64,000 nucleotides of DNA from an uncultured Streptobacillus sp. (GCA_963526495.1 CAURNT010000001.1:4398-68397), one strand, 5' to 3'. Numbered from the stretch's first letter, positions 9,426-18,927 are shown. A program made the numbers and translations. The notes: generated by a model from the sequence alone, not told the origin.

Positions 9426-9454
9426 CTAATAAACTTTTCCCTTAAAAATATTAA

Positions 9455-10765
9455 TTAAAATTCATATCCTAGATTTAACCCTATAAGTCCAGAATTATAT
9501 GCCGTACTTAACCCACCTTTAAATCCTTTATATTTAACACCTAATCCAAATTCTACTTTAGGTTTTACTAAAATAAATGGTGCATCCACAGGTACTTTAT
9601 ATTCCTTACCATTTATTGTAGCTTTTTCATTTTCTAATTCTTTAGCAACAGTATAAAGTTCATTAGGAGATATCTTTACTCCTAATTTAGTATTTACATA
9701 CCCCTCTAAATCGTTATAAATTTTAAAATTAGATTCTGTTAAAACATAAACCGAAGTACCAAAATTAATTTTTGAATTTAATTTATTAAAAATATCACTA
9801 GAATTTTTATTATTTAAAGTTTTTTCTTCATTTTTTTTATGAAGTTTATCATTTTCTTCTTTTCTAGCTTTTACTTCATTAAATATAGCTTTTTCCTTTT
9901 CAAAGTTTTGTACTATTGTATCAGCTTTTTCATTAACTTCTTCAATTTTTTTCATATATTCTTCTAATTCTTTTTCCTTTTGTTTTTTTACAGTAGGTAA
10001 TAATTTTAATTCTTCTAAATTAGAAAAACTAGTTTGTCTATCTTCTACAACTTTAGTATAAACCTTATTTAAAATAAGATATTTAGCTTGTTTTGCTTTT
10101 AATTCTGTTACTAAGGCATCTATATCATCTTGATTTGTTAAACTTTCAGCACTTTTTTGTTTCGCAATCATTTCATCTTCTATTGCTTTTAGTTCTAAAC
10201 GTAACTTTTTAGCTTGTGCATCTCTTTTGTCATAAATTTTTTGATATTCTTCTTTATCTTTTTCACTTTTATCCATCATTTTTTGATATCCTTCAATTTC
10301 CTTATTTAGTGTATCAAGTTTCTGCTCACTATTTGCAAGAATATCATTTAATTCATCATATTTTATTTTTGCAATATCATAAGTAAACTTTTTATTTTCA
10401 TATTCTTCATTCAATAAAAATGTTTCTCTTTCTAATTGTTTATCACTAGAAGAATTTTCTTTAGACTCTACTTTAATAGTATCTTTAGTGATTTTCGCTT
10501 CAATAAAAGTGTCCACTCCTAAACCAAATGATAAATTTAAATTTTGAATTTTAACTGGATAAGTAACATCAACATTAGCTTTACTAACTAAAATATTTGA
10601 GTTATATTCACCTTTTACTATTTCATCCAAGCCGAATTTTTTAAATTCGGCTTGAGATATATTTAATTTATCATACGCAGAAGATAAGCCAACAGATATA
10701 TTAACTGGTAATTTTGCATTTGCGATACTTGCAAGTACAAAAGTTGCTATTATCATCTTTTTCAT
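9455..10765 (-). CDS. Outer-membrane protein with a central long coiled coil
   Basis: 436 aa. Signal peptide MKKMIIATFVLASIANA. Beta-pattern ends enclose about 230 aa of K/E-rich heptad sequence. C-terminus ends LGYEF (aromatic beta-signal). Confidence 0.7.
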   Translation of the reverse strand: MKKMIIATFVLASIANAKLPVNISVGLSSAYDKLNISQAEFKKFGLDEIVKGEYNSNILVSKANVDVTYPVKIQNLNLSFGLGVDTFIEAKITKDTIKVESKENSSSDKQLERETFLLNEEYENKKFTYDIAKIKYDELNDILANSEQKLDTLNKEIEGYQKMMDKSEKDKEEYQKIYDKRDAQAKKLRLELKAIEDEMIAKQKSAESLTNQDDIDALVTELKAKQAKYLILNKVYTKVVEDRQTSFSNLEELKLLPTVKKQKEKELEEYMKKIEEVNEKADTIVQNFEKEKAIFNEVKARKEENDKLHKKNEEKTLNNKNSSDIFNKLNSKINFGTSVYVLTESNFKIYNDLEGYVNTKLGVKISPNELYTVAKELENEKATINGKEYKVPVDAPFILVKPKVEFGLGVKYKGFKGGLSTAYNSGLIGLNLGYEF

Positions 10766-10782
10766 ATTTTATTTTCTCCTTA

Positions 10783-13700
10783 CTAGAATTGGAATCTTAT
10801 TCCTGTACTTAATCCATGAGTTTTTAAATTTTTACCTGAATAAGATAATTTAAATTCTATATTATCTTTTAATGTATATCTAGCGTCTATTCCATAATTA
10901 AATACATTGTCTTCAAGAGTTATACCCTTAACTTCATCTCTAAATTTGTAATTTGCTAACTCTGCTTTAGTTTTAAGAATTGGATCTGTTAAATATTTAG
11001 TGTATGAAGCAAATCCTCCAATATTCCAATTATTTTTTAGTGCAAATCTAACTCTTGAACCTATAGTCATATTAGCTTTGAAGTTAACTTCTGTTTGATC
11101 AGATTTATATCCAAATTCAGTATTTTCTACCTCTTTGTAATTTGCATCTCTATATGAAGGCGCAGATTCATTAAATTGTCCTCTTAAGTAAGTAATCATA
11201 TCTAATCCTACAAATGGCTCTAAAGTTACATTTTTAGGTAATTCAAATTTATATCCACCTTCTAGATTTAAATTAGTCATTACATCAGTTGATTGCATAT
11301 TTCTTACTTCTCTATCAAGAACTTTTCTTGATGTATCTTTAGATATTATATCTAAACTTAATATTGAAGTTAAATATCCATTATTTAGTTCAAATTTATT
11401 ATATGTATTTAAACCTAAAATATTAGCATAAACATTTCCACTTAATGTTTTTACTTTTCTTCTATCAAGTTCTTTTTGTTTTTCTTCTGCTGTTAATTTA
11501 GGATTTATAGGTTCTCTAACATCTAATAACGGTAATACATAATCAAATAATGCTGAATTACTGTAATTTAAAGAAATTCCTGTTGTATTATTTTTTGATC
11601 TATAATATGTTCCTAAATTAAATCCATTAGTTAGAACATTTTTGTCACCTTTATTTTTATCAAAGGCAAATCTATTTGATGTTATTGTATCAAAATATAT
11701 TGCTGATTTACCAATTTTTATATCAGTGGCAAGTCTTTCTTTAATTAAGTTTGATTTTAAATTAGCTACATCATAACCAACTAATTGAGAATTTGCTAAT
11801 ATTTCTCCACTTAATGTTTTATCATTTCCTTCCATCCAATCTAACGACTCTATTGCAGCCGATAATATTTTAGAACGTACATCATCTGAATTTAATAATT
11901 CTTCTTTTAATGCTGCTCTTATTCTTGAAGCTTGTGGAGCTGGATTACTTTCTGAATCTTTTCTTATTAATTTACCAATTAACTTAACATTCTCTTTATC
12001 ATCTTTAAGCTCTTCTTTCTCAATAGTCATCTTAATAAATGGTGTTAATTGTATATCACCTAATTGAACTTTATCTAAATATTTTTTATTCAATTTATTA
12101 ACTGTTAAGAAAGTTACTTCATCTGGATTTTTAGGTAATGTAATCTTTTTAACTAATTTACCTTTATTGTCTGGATCTGGTACTTCTTCTGCATATTGAT
12201 TAAGATCAAATATATTCATTCCTTTTTTTCTAAATACATCAAAATTAAACGTATCTACAGAACTTAAATCTAACTCGTCAATTTGGAAATGAGCTTGTGC
12301 AGATATATATGTTTTACCTTTATTTACTGGCTTATATTTATTTTTCAATATATCATATTTAGAATATGAATATACTTCTCCTTCATTTGTTATACTTCCT
12401 GTCAACTCTGGAACATATTCATAATCAATTTGTATTTCTTTATCTTTTCTCTTTTGATTATACACAACATCAAGTTTTAATTTTCCTTTTTCTTTAACCT
12501 CAAAGTCTGAAGTATTTCTAGCTCCTAATACTAAAGTTCCTTCTTCAACTATACTTTTAGCTTTATATGTATTCTCTCCTGATAACATTAATGTTCCTTG
12601 ACCTTTTTTAGTAATTCCAGCATCTTCAAATAATTCTTTTTCTTCATCATCTAAAGAATTATAAAGAGCTTTAATTTTAGGTTCTACAACATTATACATA
12701 TAGTCTAAAGTTTTATTTCTAGATTCTAAAACATCTTTTAATTTCTTAGATTTATCATCTTTACCAAATTCTTTACTTAAAACAAATTCTTTACTATATT
12801 TACTTAATTCATCATAAATAATTCCATCATTTGCATCTAATAATTTTCTACTTTCAAAATATTGACCAATCTCAAACTTACCTTTAATATTATTTTTAAA
12901 TTCATAGAATCCATAAGGAACATCTGCCACAAAGTTTTCTTCCCCTAATTCTCTAGTTAATGCTTTTACAAATCTTCCAGGACCACCGTATGCTCTATAT
13001 TTATTAGCCATACCCCAACCAAGATTTTCATCAGGACCTAATTGTCCAGTTAGATCAAATGTATAACCTTTATTTAAATCAATATCAGGTTCATTTCCTA
13101 TTATGTTATAGTCATCATCTGCTGTTGTTAAAATTACTTGCTTAACTTGTTGAGCTTTCATCCAAGGGAATCTTGTTCCTACTTCACCAGCTATTGCTGT
13201 TACTCTAGGAGCTGCAAAAGAAGAACCTATTGCTGAAGCAAAATTAATTCCATGTTTTTCAGCAAATTCAATAGAATCTCTATCATTTTCAGACATCTTT
13301 TCTCTTTCTTCTTTAGTTAAGCTTTTAGCATAAACATAATGTCCTTCTGATGCTACTACTGAAAGCTTAGATTTTCCTGCTCTTGTGAATGAAGCTTTAA
13401 GTGGTCTTCCATCTATATCTGTTTCTATTTTTAATAAATTATCTATAGATTGAATTTGAGCTAATAACTCATCTCTATATTCTTTAGCATATTTTTCAGG
13501 AGTTTCATCAACTTTTTTAAGTTCTGCATATAGACTATCATATTTATTTTTTAATCCAGCAACATAAACTACCGGACTATTTATATCTCTATTACCTGGA
13601 ACTGTTACAAGTTTCCATTTATCTTCATAGAATTTATCACTTGGTTTAAATGATAATTTACCTGACATAAGACCTACAACACCCAATATATTTTTTCTAT

Positions 13701-16518
13701 ATCCTGTATTGTATTTATAAGTTTCACCTTTTTTGTCAGCTTCTTCCTTAGCTAATAAATTTAAGTATGTTGTAACACTTCCAAACGAATTATTATATAC
13801 ATGATCTAAATCTTCATAAACTATTTTTTTACCATCTTTATTAAATCCAGTTAAATTTACTTCTGTGTTACTTAAATTATTTTTAGTATTTCCTTGAGCT
13901 ACAACTAAAAGTACATCTTTATTAGCAACTGAAAGCTCTGGAGCAGATAGTAAATTATGTCTTATTGTTAATAATTTAAGATCTAATAATTTTTGATAAT
14001 CAACTTTTGTTATTTTATCACGTGACTTAAAGTATTTTAAAACACTTGGTATATTACCTACACCAGGTAATACTGATTTATATGAACCTAAATCTACATT
14101 TTCTAAACTTTGAAGCCAAGTTTGTACTGCTACTCTAAAGTTAACATCATTATTATACGCATCAGCAGCACGTTGTTTTTGTTCATCAGTCATATTTTTT
14201 ATATCTATATAATCTTCTACTCTTAAGGCATTACCATACGACATATTAACTGCTTTAATATTTTTATTTTCTTCTAACATTAAAGGAAGATTTTTACCTG
14301 TTATACTTCTATCTAAATTTCCTGTTAAAGGATCTTCAATAGCTACTAATGAGAAATGTAAATCTGAATAATCTAACATTTGCTTTTCAGTAGTTATATA
14401 TGCTTCTTCAAACATATCATAAAGTTCTTGATAAAGTGCTTTTAATTCTTTTTCTCTTTCAGATTTATCAGTTATTTTTAATATATTTTCAAATCTATCC
14501 TTACTTGCATTATATTTATTATATAAAGCTTGAACTCTATTATTAAATATTCTATATTCTTGACGGAATTTAGTTGAATTAAATATTCTTATACCTGTTT
14601 TTATTTCATTAAATAAGATTCTTTCCTTTTCTTCATCAGTCAATGGTTTATTTGCATCATCTTTAGGATTATCTTGTTTTCCTTCTTCTGTTTCATTATC
14701 ATTAAGCTTATATTCATCTTTTTCTTTTTCTTTTTTAGCTTTTTCAATTTCTTCATCATCTATTTTTTTAGGAATTTCTGGTGTTTTATCATCTGCCAGA
14801 TTGCTTGAAGTTGTAGTATTTTTAGGATTAGGTCTACGTCTTCTTCTTCCGCTTCCTCCAGTATTACCTTCACCAGGATTTGATGGTGTTGTGTTGTCTA
14901 CAGGAGGGTTATTATTGTCCGCAGGTGATGTATTGTTATCAGCCGGTGGTGTTTGATTATTTCCAGAAGAATTTCCAAGTTGCTTTTCTAGTTCTTCTAT
15001 TTTTTTTCTATCTTCATCATTTGCTTCATCTACTTTTGTTATATTCTTATTTTCATCAATGTCATATTCTGCCAATAATTTCTTATACTCTGCATCTTGT
15101 TCTTTGCTAAGTTGTTCTTCTGATTTTTTTCTAGTAAATAATTGTTTATCATTAAAGTTTCTAGATAATCCCATATTTAATAGTCTTTTTAATCTAATAC
15201 CTTGAACATATTTTTCTAAAAAATGAGATTGTCCTATAACTGATTCATCAATAGCCGCACCCATAACAAATGAACCATGTGGTCTAAACATTCCATTTGG
15301 ATCATCTAGATCATCTTCAGATGCATTTAATGATTTATTTGTATATCTATAGCTTCTTGCTTCAACTTCAGGTGTTAAATCATAAAATGAAGAATCTGCA
15401 ACACCTATAGTTGTTCCAGGAAATGCTATGAAAGCTTTTTCCTTTTTCTCAAATATAACTTTACCATCTTTAATTATTTTTCTAGATATATTATGAATTC
15501 CAATTTCATTTTTATTTGCATCTAATACTTCTGTTACAAACTCTAATTTAGTATTTTTATCAATAGATTTTTCATATCTCTTTAATTTTTCTACAATATC
15601 AGGATTAAATCCACCTTCTACTGTATTCCCGTCTTTACTAAATTTTAAAGTAAATCTATCTAAATCAGAAAATATTTTTTCATAATTTTCTTTGAAATCA
15701 GATAATTTTATACCAAAGTCTACATCTTTAACACTATATGTAGTTACTCCATTAACTGAAGTTTTAACATCAACAATTTTTGAACCTTCTAAATCATCTA
15801 AATCTTCATACTTAGATTTATCAAATGTTTCATTCCAATCTTTAGCGATATCTTCATATCCCCCGTTATATGTAACTACTGAATAACTAACACGACCATT
15901 ATCTGCACCTTTTTTAAGTTCTTGATATCTTATTCCATCTTTAACTTCAGGTATTTCTTTTACTTCAATAGGTTTATTTAACATAACTTTTTTAGTATTT
16001 CCATTTTTATCAACTAAATTTAAATAAACTGTATTTTGATTTAAAAATGTTATTTTTCTCTTACCTTCAGCAATTTCTTCAACTTTAACATTTTCAGTAC
16101 TTTTATTATATTTTTCATATCTAGAATCATTTTTAGAAACTTCTATAACAGGATTATCTGCATAAGCAGATTCTATTTTTATTTCAGGTGTAATATATCC
16201 TAAACCGTTTAATTTTTCTCCTTTATAAAGGTAGTCTACTCCTGTAAAATTAAAATTATCGGCATTTACTTTCTCTACAAAGTTTTGATTACCCTTTTTA
16301 TTATTTTCCTTTTCAAATTTTTCAAATCTATCTTTTTGAGTATCAAACGTATGAATAAACGTTACTTTAGCTTTAGAATCCTTTTTATTTTCTTTATTTA
16401 TATTTGCATTACTACTATTTAATGAATTATTGTTATCCGAATTTTGTCCAACTGAACTACATGAAACAACTGCCATTAAAGTTATAGCTAAGCTTGCTGC
16501 TTTTCTATTTAAATTCAC
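10783..16518 (-). CDS. Subtilisin-like (S8) serine protease autotransporter, probable lipoprotein (NalP/SphB1/fusolisin type)
   Basis: 1911 aa. GTG start with AGGAGG SD. Lipobox VVSC (Cys20). S8 motifs GVADSS (Asp375), HGSFVMG (His414), VVAQGN and GSSFAAPRV (Ser1100). The C-terminal alternating beta region ends GIRFQF. Confidence 0.85.
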   Translation of the reverse strand: MNLNRKAASLAITLMAVVSCSSVGQNSDNNNSLNSSNANINKENKKDSKAKVTFIHTFDTQKDRFEKFEKENNKKGNQNFVEKVNADNFNFTGVDYLYKGEKLNGLGYITPEIKIESAYADNPVIEVSKNDSRYEKYNKSTENVKVEEIAEGKRKITFLNQNTVYLNLVDKNGNTKKVMLNKPIEVKEIPEVKDGIRYQELKKGADNGRVSYSVVTYNGGYEDIAKDWNETFDKSKYEDLDDLEGSKIVDVKTSVNGVTTYSVKDVDFGIKLSDFKENYEKIFSDLDRFTLKFSKDGNTVEGGFNPDIVEKLKRYEKSIDKNTKLEFVTEVLDANKNEIGIHNISRKIIKDGKVIFEKKEKAFIAFPGTTIGVADSSFYDLTPEVEARSYRYTNKSLNASEDDLDDPNGMFRPHGSFVMGAAIDESVIGQSHFLEKYVQGIRLKRLLNMGLSRNFNDKQLFTRKKSEEQLSKEQDAEYKKLLAEYDIDENKNITKVDEANDEDRKKIEELEKQLGNSSGNNQTPPADNNTSPADNNNPPVDNTTPSNPGEGNTGGSGRRRRRPNPKNTTTSSNLADDKTPEIPKKIDDEEIEKAKKEKEKDEYKLNDNETEEGKQDNPKDDANKPLTDEEKERILFNEIKTGIRIFNSTKFRQEYRIFNNRVQALYNKYNASKDRFENILKITDKSEREKELKALYQELYDMFEEAYITTEKQMLDYSDLHFSLVAIEDPLTGNLDRSITGKNLPLMLEENKNIKAVNMSYGNALRVEDYIDIKNMTDEQKQRAADAYNNDVNFRVAVQTWLQSLENVDLGSYKSVLPGVGNIPSVLKYFKSRDKITKVDYQKLLDLKLLTIRHNLLSAPELSVANKDVLLVVAQGNTKNNLSNTEVNLTGFNKDGKKIVYEDLDHVYNNSFGSVTTYLNLLAKEEADKKGETYKYNTGYRKNILGVVGLMSGKLSFKPSDKFYEDKWKLVTVPGNRDINSPVVYVAGLKNKYDSLYAELKKVDETPEKYAKEYRDELLAQIQSIDNLLKIETDIDGRPLKASFTRAGKSKLSVVASEGHYVYAKSLTKEEREKMSENDRDSIEFAEKHGINFASAIGSSFAAPRVTAIAGEVGTRFPWMKAQQVKQVILTTADDDYNIIGNEPDIDLNKGYTFDLTGQLGPDENLGWGMANKYRAYGGPGRFVKALTRELGEENFVADVPYGFYEFKNNIKGKFEIGQYFESRKLLDANDGIIYDELSKYSKEFVLSKEFGKDDKSKKLKDVLESRNKTLDYMYNVVEPKIKALYNSLDDEEKELFEDAGITKKGQGTLMLSGENTYKAKSIVEEGTLVLGARNTSDFEVKEKGKLKLDVVYNQKRKDKEIQIDYEYVPELTGSITNEGEVYSYSKYDILKNKYKPVNKGKTYISAQAHFQIDELDLSSVDTFNFDVFRKKGMNIFDLNQYAEEVPDPDNKGKLVKKITLPKNPDEVTFLTVNKLNKKYLDKVQLGDIQLTPFIKMTIEKEELKDDKENVKLIGKLIRKDSESNPAPQASRIRAALKEELLNSDDVRSKILSAAIESLDWMEGNDKTLSGEILANSQLVGYDVANLKSNLIKERLATDIKIGKSAIYFDTITSNRFAFDKNKGDKNVLTNGFNLGTYYRSKNNTTGISLNYSNSALFDYVLPLLDVREPINPKLTAEEKQKELDRRKVKTLSGNVYANILGLNTYNKFELNNGYLTSILSLDIISKDTSRKVLDREVRNMQSTDVMTNLNLEGGYKFELPKNVTLEPFVGLDMITYLRGQFNESAPSYRDANYKEVENTEFGYKSDQTEVNFKANMTIGSRVRFALKNNWNIGGFASYTKYLTDPILKTKAELANYKFRDEVKGITLEDNVFNYGIDARYTLKDNIEFKLSYSGKNLKTHGLSTGIRFQF

Positions 16519-16530
16519 TTTTACCTCCTA

Positions 16531-18654
16531 TTACCATTTATACTCTAAGTTAAAGCTAAATCCTGGAATAAATTTTTTAAATCCAAAATCTTTATCTGCC
16601 CAACCATAAGTTCCGTGATCTGCTCTTGCTTTAAAGCTATTAATTTTATTAACTATTTCTCTCTCAAATACAACTTTAGTATTTAATCCTCCTATTAATG
16701 TCAATTTATTAGTTGGTTTATATTCAACCTTAATATTAGGATTAATAGTTATATTTCCTCCAACATTCCAATTAACTTTTCTATAATCACTTGCAACTAA
16801 ATTAACTTTATTTATAGGTCTATCTTGTTCTCTATTTTTATAGTTATGTAATCTTTGATCTCTTAGTGCTAAAAATTCAAGTTTAGCATTTACATCAAGC
16901 CCTCCAAATAATTTTAAGTTTTCACTTAATTTATTTTCATAATTTAATGTATTATCAAATTTTATTACATTTAAACTTTCTAATGGTATTGCTCTTCCTT
17001 CTAAATAAACTACTTTTTTAGCAGGATGATTATCTACTTGTTTGTCATTAGATTTCTTTGTATCTCCCTTAACAAAATAATTAAATTGTGTTTTACTTTC
17101 TAATCCTAATTTAGAAATTAAGTTTAATTTGTCGTTTTTATTTTCAAATACTTTATAGTTTACTGTAGTATCAATACCTAATTCTTCAGTAAATTTATTT
17201 AAATCTAATACTTGCTTATCTGAAATTAAATCTAATTTATTATTAATATTAGTATTTAAATCTAAACTTTCGTTAAATTTATGTACTAAATTTAAATTAG
17301 CATATAGTTTAGTATTTATTGGCTGTATTGCACCATGCATTATTGGTAAATCTACATTAGCTTCAAAACTACCATTTATATTAGTATTTTCATTAAATTT
17401 ATATTTACCTTCTAATAAATTTTGAACTTTATATGTGTGTTTAATATCATCCATTAAAGTAACAAATGGATATACAGTTATTGATGGTTCATATCCAACT
17501 TTACCACTATAATTTATATTATCATTACCATAAGTCAATCCTAAATTAAATTCAGGATTATATCCAAACCACGTATCGTACTGTAAAATTTGTTTTTCAG
17601 TTTGTGGATAAAATACTGTATGTCTAAAATCAATTTTATTATTAAATTCAGGTTTTAAAACTATATTATTTCCTAATTTTTTTTCAAATGAAAACGCAAG
17701 AATAGGTGAAAATTTATTATATATTGATCTTATTGGTTCATTTTTATTTTCTCCACCTTGTACAAAGGTATCAATTCCTGTTTTTATTATAGTTACAAAA
17801 TTATCTGTTTCACCTAATTTTGTAGTTATTTTAGAGCCAACTTCTTGTCTAATTAAATCAACATAATTACCACCTAAATAATCAGGGAATTCATCTAATT
17901 TAGCTGTTATAGGATCAAATTTTGTATTTGCAAAATTTAAATCATAATTTAATGAATACTTTCCTTCTACCTTAACATCTTCCGTAGGATTACCTGATAA
18001 TCTTAAATTAGTTTTTAGATGAGAGGTATCTTTATCAAATCTCACTAATTGATTAGCTTTATATTCTACATCTGCATTTACATTTACTTTATTTAAAAAC
18101 TTACCATTTAATGCTGTTTTTATAATAGTATTACCTAGTCTTTCTTTACTACCATCATCTTCAATAAATTCTGCTGGAGTTTCTAAATCAGTAACAATAT
18201 TAGTATTTTTATCTATTTTTCTATTATTTACTAAATTATCAACATAATATTTCAATTCTGTTGTAGATTTCCAACCAAAAAATTCTGGAGAAATATATTT
18301 AGCATTAAGTTTTATACCTAAATCGTGATTTTTTACTCTAGTTTCTTTATCATAAGAAGTATCAGTTGTATCACCATCCCAATCATTTAAAGTTATATTA
18401 TTACGTTGAGATTTAATTTGGGTCCCTAAACTTAAGCCCTTATCTTTTATATCTATATTCAAATCTAATAATTTTAAATTATATCCAGTCTTATAGTGTG
18501 AAATATCTTTACCATATATATTTTTATCTTTATTTTCATATACAGGTGCAAATTCAGGATTTATTTCTAATCCTGTTTTAAGAATTGCTTCAGTTTCAGC
18601 TAATAAGCTGTAAGAACTAAGCAAACTTATAAATAACATGATTTTTTTCATCAA
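16531..18654 (-). CDS. Large predicted beta-barrel outer-membrane protein
   Basis: 707 aa. Signal peptide MMKKIMLFISLLSSYSLLA, N/K/T-rich alternating pattern throughout, C-terminus ends NLEYKW. It lies 12 nt upstream of the autotransporter gene. Confidence 0.7.
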   Translation of the reverse strand: MMKKIMLFISLLSSYSLLAETEAILKTGLEINPEFAPVYENKDKNIYGKDISHYKTGYNLKLLDLNIDIKDKGLSLGTQIKSQRNNITLNDWDGDTTDTSYDKETRVKNHDLGIKLNAKYISPEFFGWKSTTELKYYVDNLVNNRKIDKNTNIVTDLETPAEFIEDDGSKERLGNTIIKTALNGKFLNKVNVNADVEYKANQLVRFDKDTSHLKTNLRLSGNPTEDVKVEGKYSLNYDLNFANTKFDPITAKLDEFPDYLGGNYVDLIRQEVGSKITTKLGETDNFVTIIKTGIDTFVQGGENKNEPIRSIYNKFSPILAFSFEKKLGNNIVLKPEFNNKIDFRHTVFYPQTEKQILQYDTWFGYNPEFNLGLTYGNDNINYSGKVGYEPSITVYPFVTLMDDIKHTYKVQNLLEGKYKFNENTNINGSFEANVDLPIMHGAIQPINTKLYANLNLVHKFNESLDLNTNINNKLDLISDKQVLDLNKFTEELGIDTTVNYKVFENKNDKLNLISKLGLESKTQFNYFVKGDTKKSNDKQVDNHPAKKVVYLEGRAIPLESLNVIKFDNTLNYENKLSENLKLFGGLDVNAKLEFLALRDQRLHNYKNREQDRPINKVNLVASDYRKVNWNVGGNITINPNIKVEYKPTNKLTLIGGLNTKVVFEREIVNKINSFKARADHGTYGWADKDFGFKKFIPGFSFNLEYKW

Positions 18655-18681
18655 AACCTCCTATATTTTAGTCTTCTTATA

Positions 18682-18710
18682 ATTATATCTTAAAATATAT
18701 ATTTTGTAAA
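18682..18710 (-). promoter_or_regulatory. Promoter of the three-gene OMP operon
   Basis: Minus strand: TTTACA (18710-18705), 17 nt spacer, TATAAT (18687-18682). It lies about 28 nt upstream of the ATG at 18654; the SD is AGGAGG. Confidence 0.5.
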
Positions 18711-18760
18711 TATATTTAAATATATATTATATATATAATTATTATATACAAAATATATAT
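18695..18760. repeat. 14-bp perfect inverted repeat in the OMP operon control region
   Basis: atatatattttgta (18695-18708) and tacaaaatatatat (18747-18760) are exact reverse complements, 38 nt apart. The left arm overlaps the promoter spacer and -35. Confidence 0.6.
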
Positions 18761-18845
18761 ATCAAAAAGTGCTTTACTTATTTTTAAATTTATAGGAAAT
18801 AATAATACTATATTTATATCAATATATTAAAAGAGCAATTAGAGT

Positions 18846-18923
18846 AAATTTAAAAGGAACTACACCTTCTCAAATAAGATATAATTCCTTAAATTATTGA
18901 TTTTAAATTATTGGTACATGTTC
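18846..18923 (-). repeat. Repeat copy B: terminator-containing module 3' of the 117-aa ORF, upstream of the OMP operon
   Basis: Same 64-nt core as 9337-9400 (59/64). The hairpin is retained with two G-U pairs on the minus-strand RNA. It starts 5 nt after the stop at 18928. Confidence 0.75.
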
Positions 18924-18927
18924 TATT

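Noticed and set aside
14880-15886. Plus-strand ORFs 14880-15110 and 15692-15886 inside the autotransporter gene. Similar short antisense ORFs lie at 6235-6432, 20686-20868, 21162-21350, 28571-28819, 37178-37962, 38243-38467, 41633-41839, 43144-43476, 44646-45033, 45727-45939, 51980-52225 and 63399-63611.
   Set aside because: All lie antisense to, or out of frame within, well-supported genes and show no translation signals.
18721-18745. TA-rich stretch (tatatattatatatataattattatata) as a dinucleotide microsatellite
   Set aside because: The TA repeats are interrupted every few units, so this is not a clean slippage-prone tract. I treat it as AT-rich promoter-upstream DNA.
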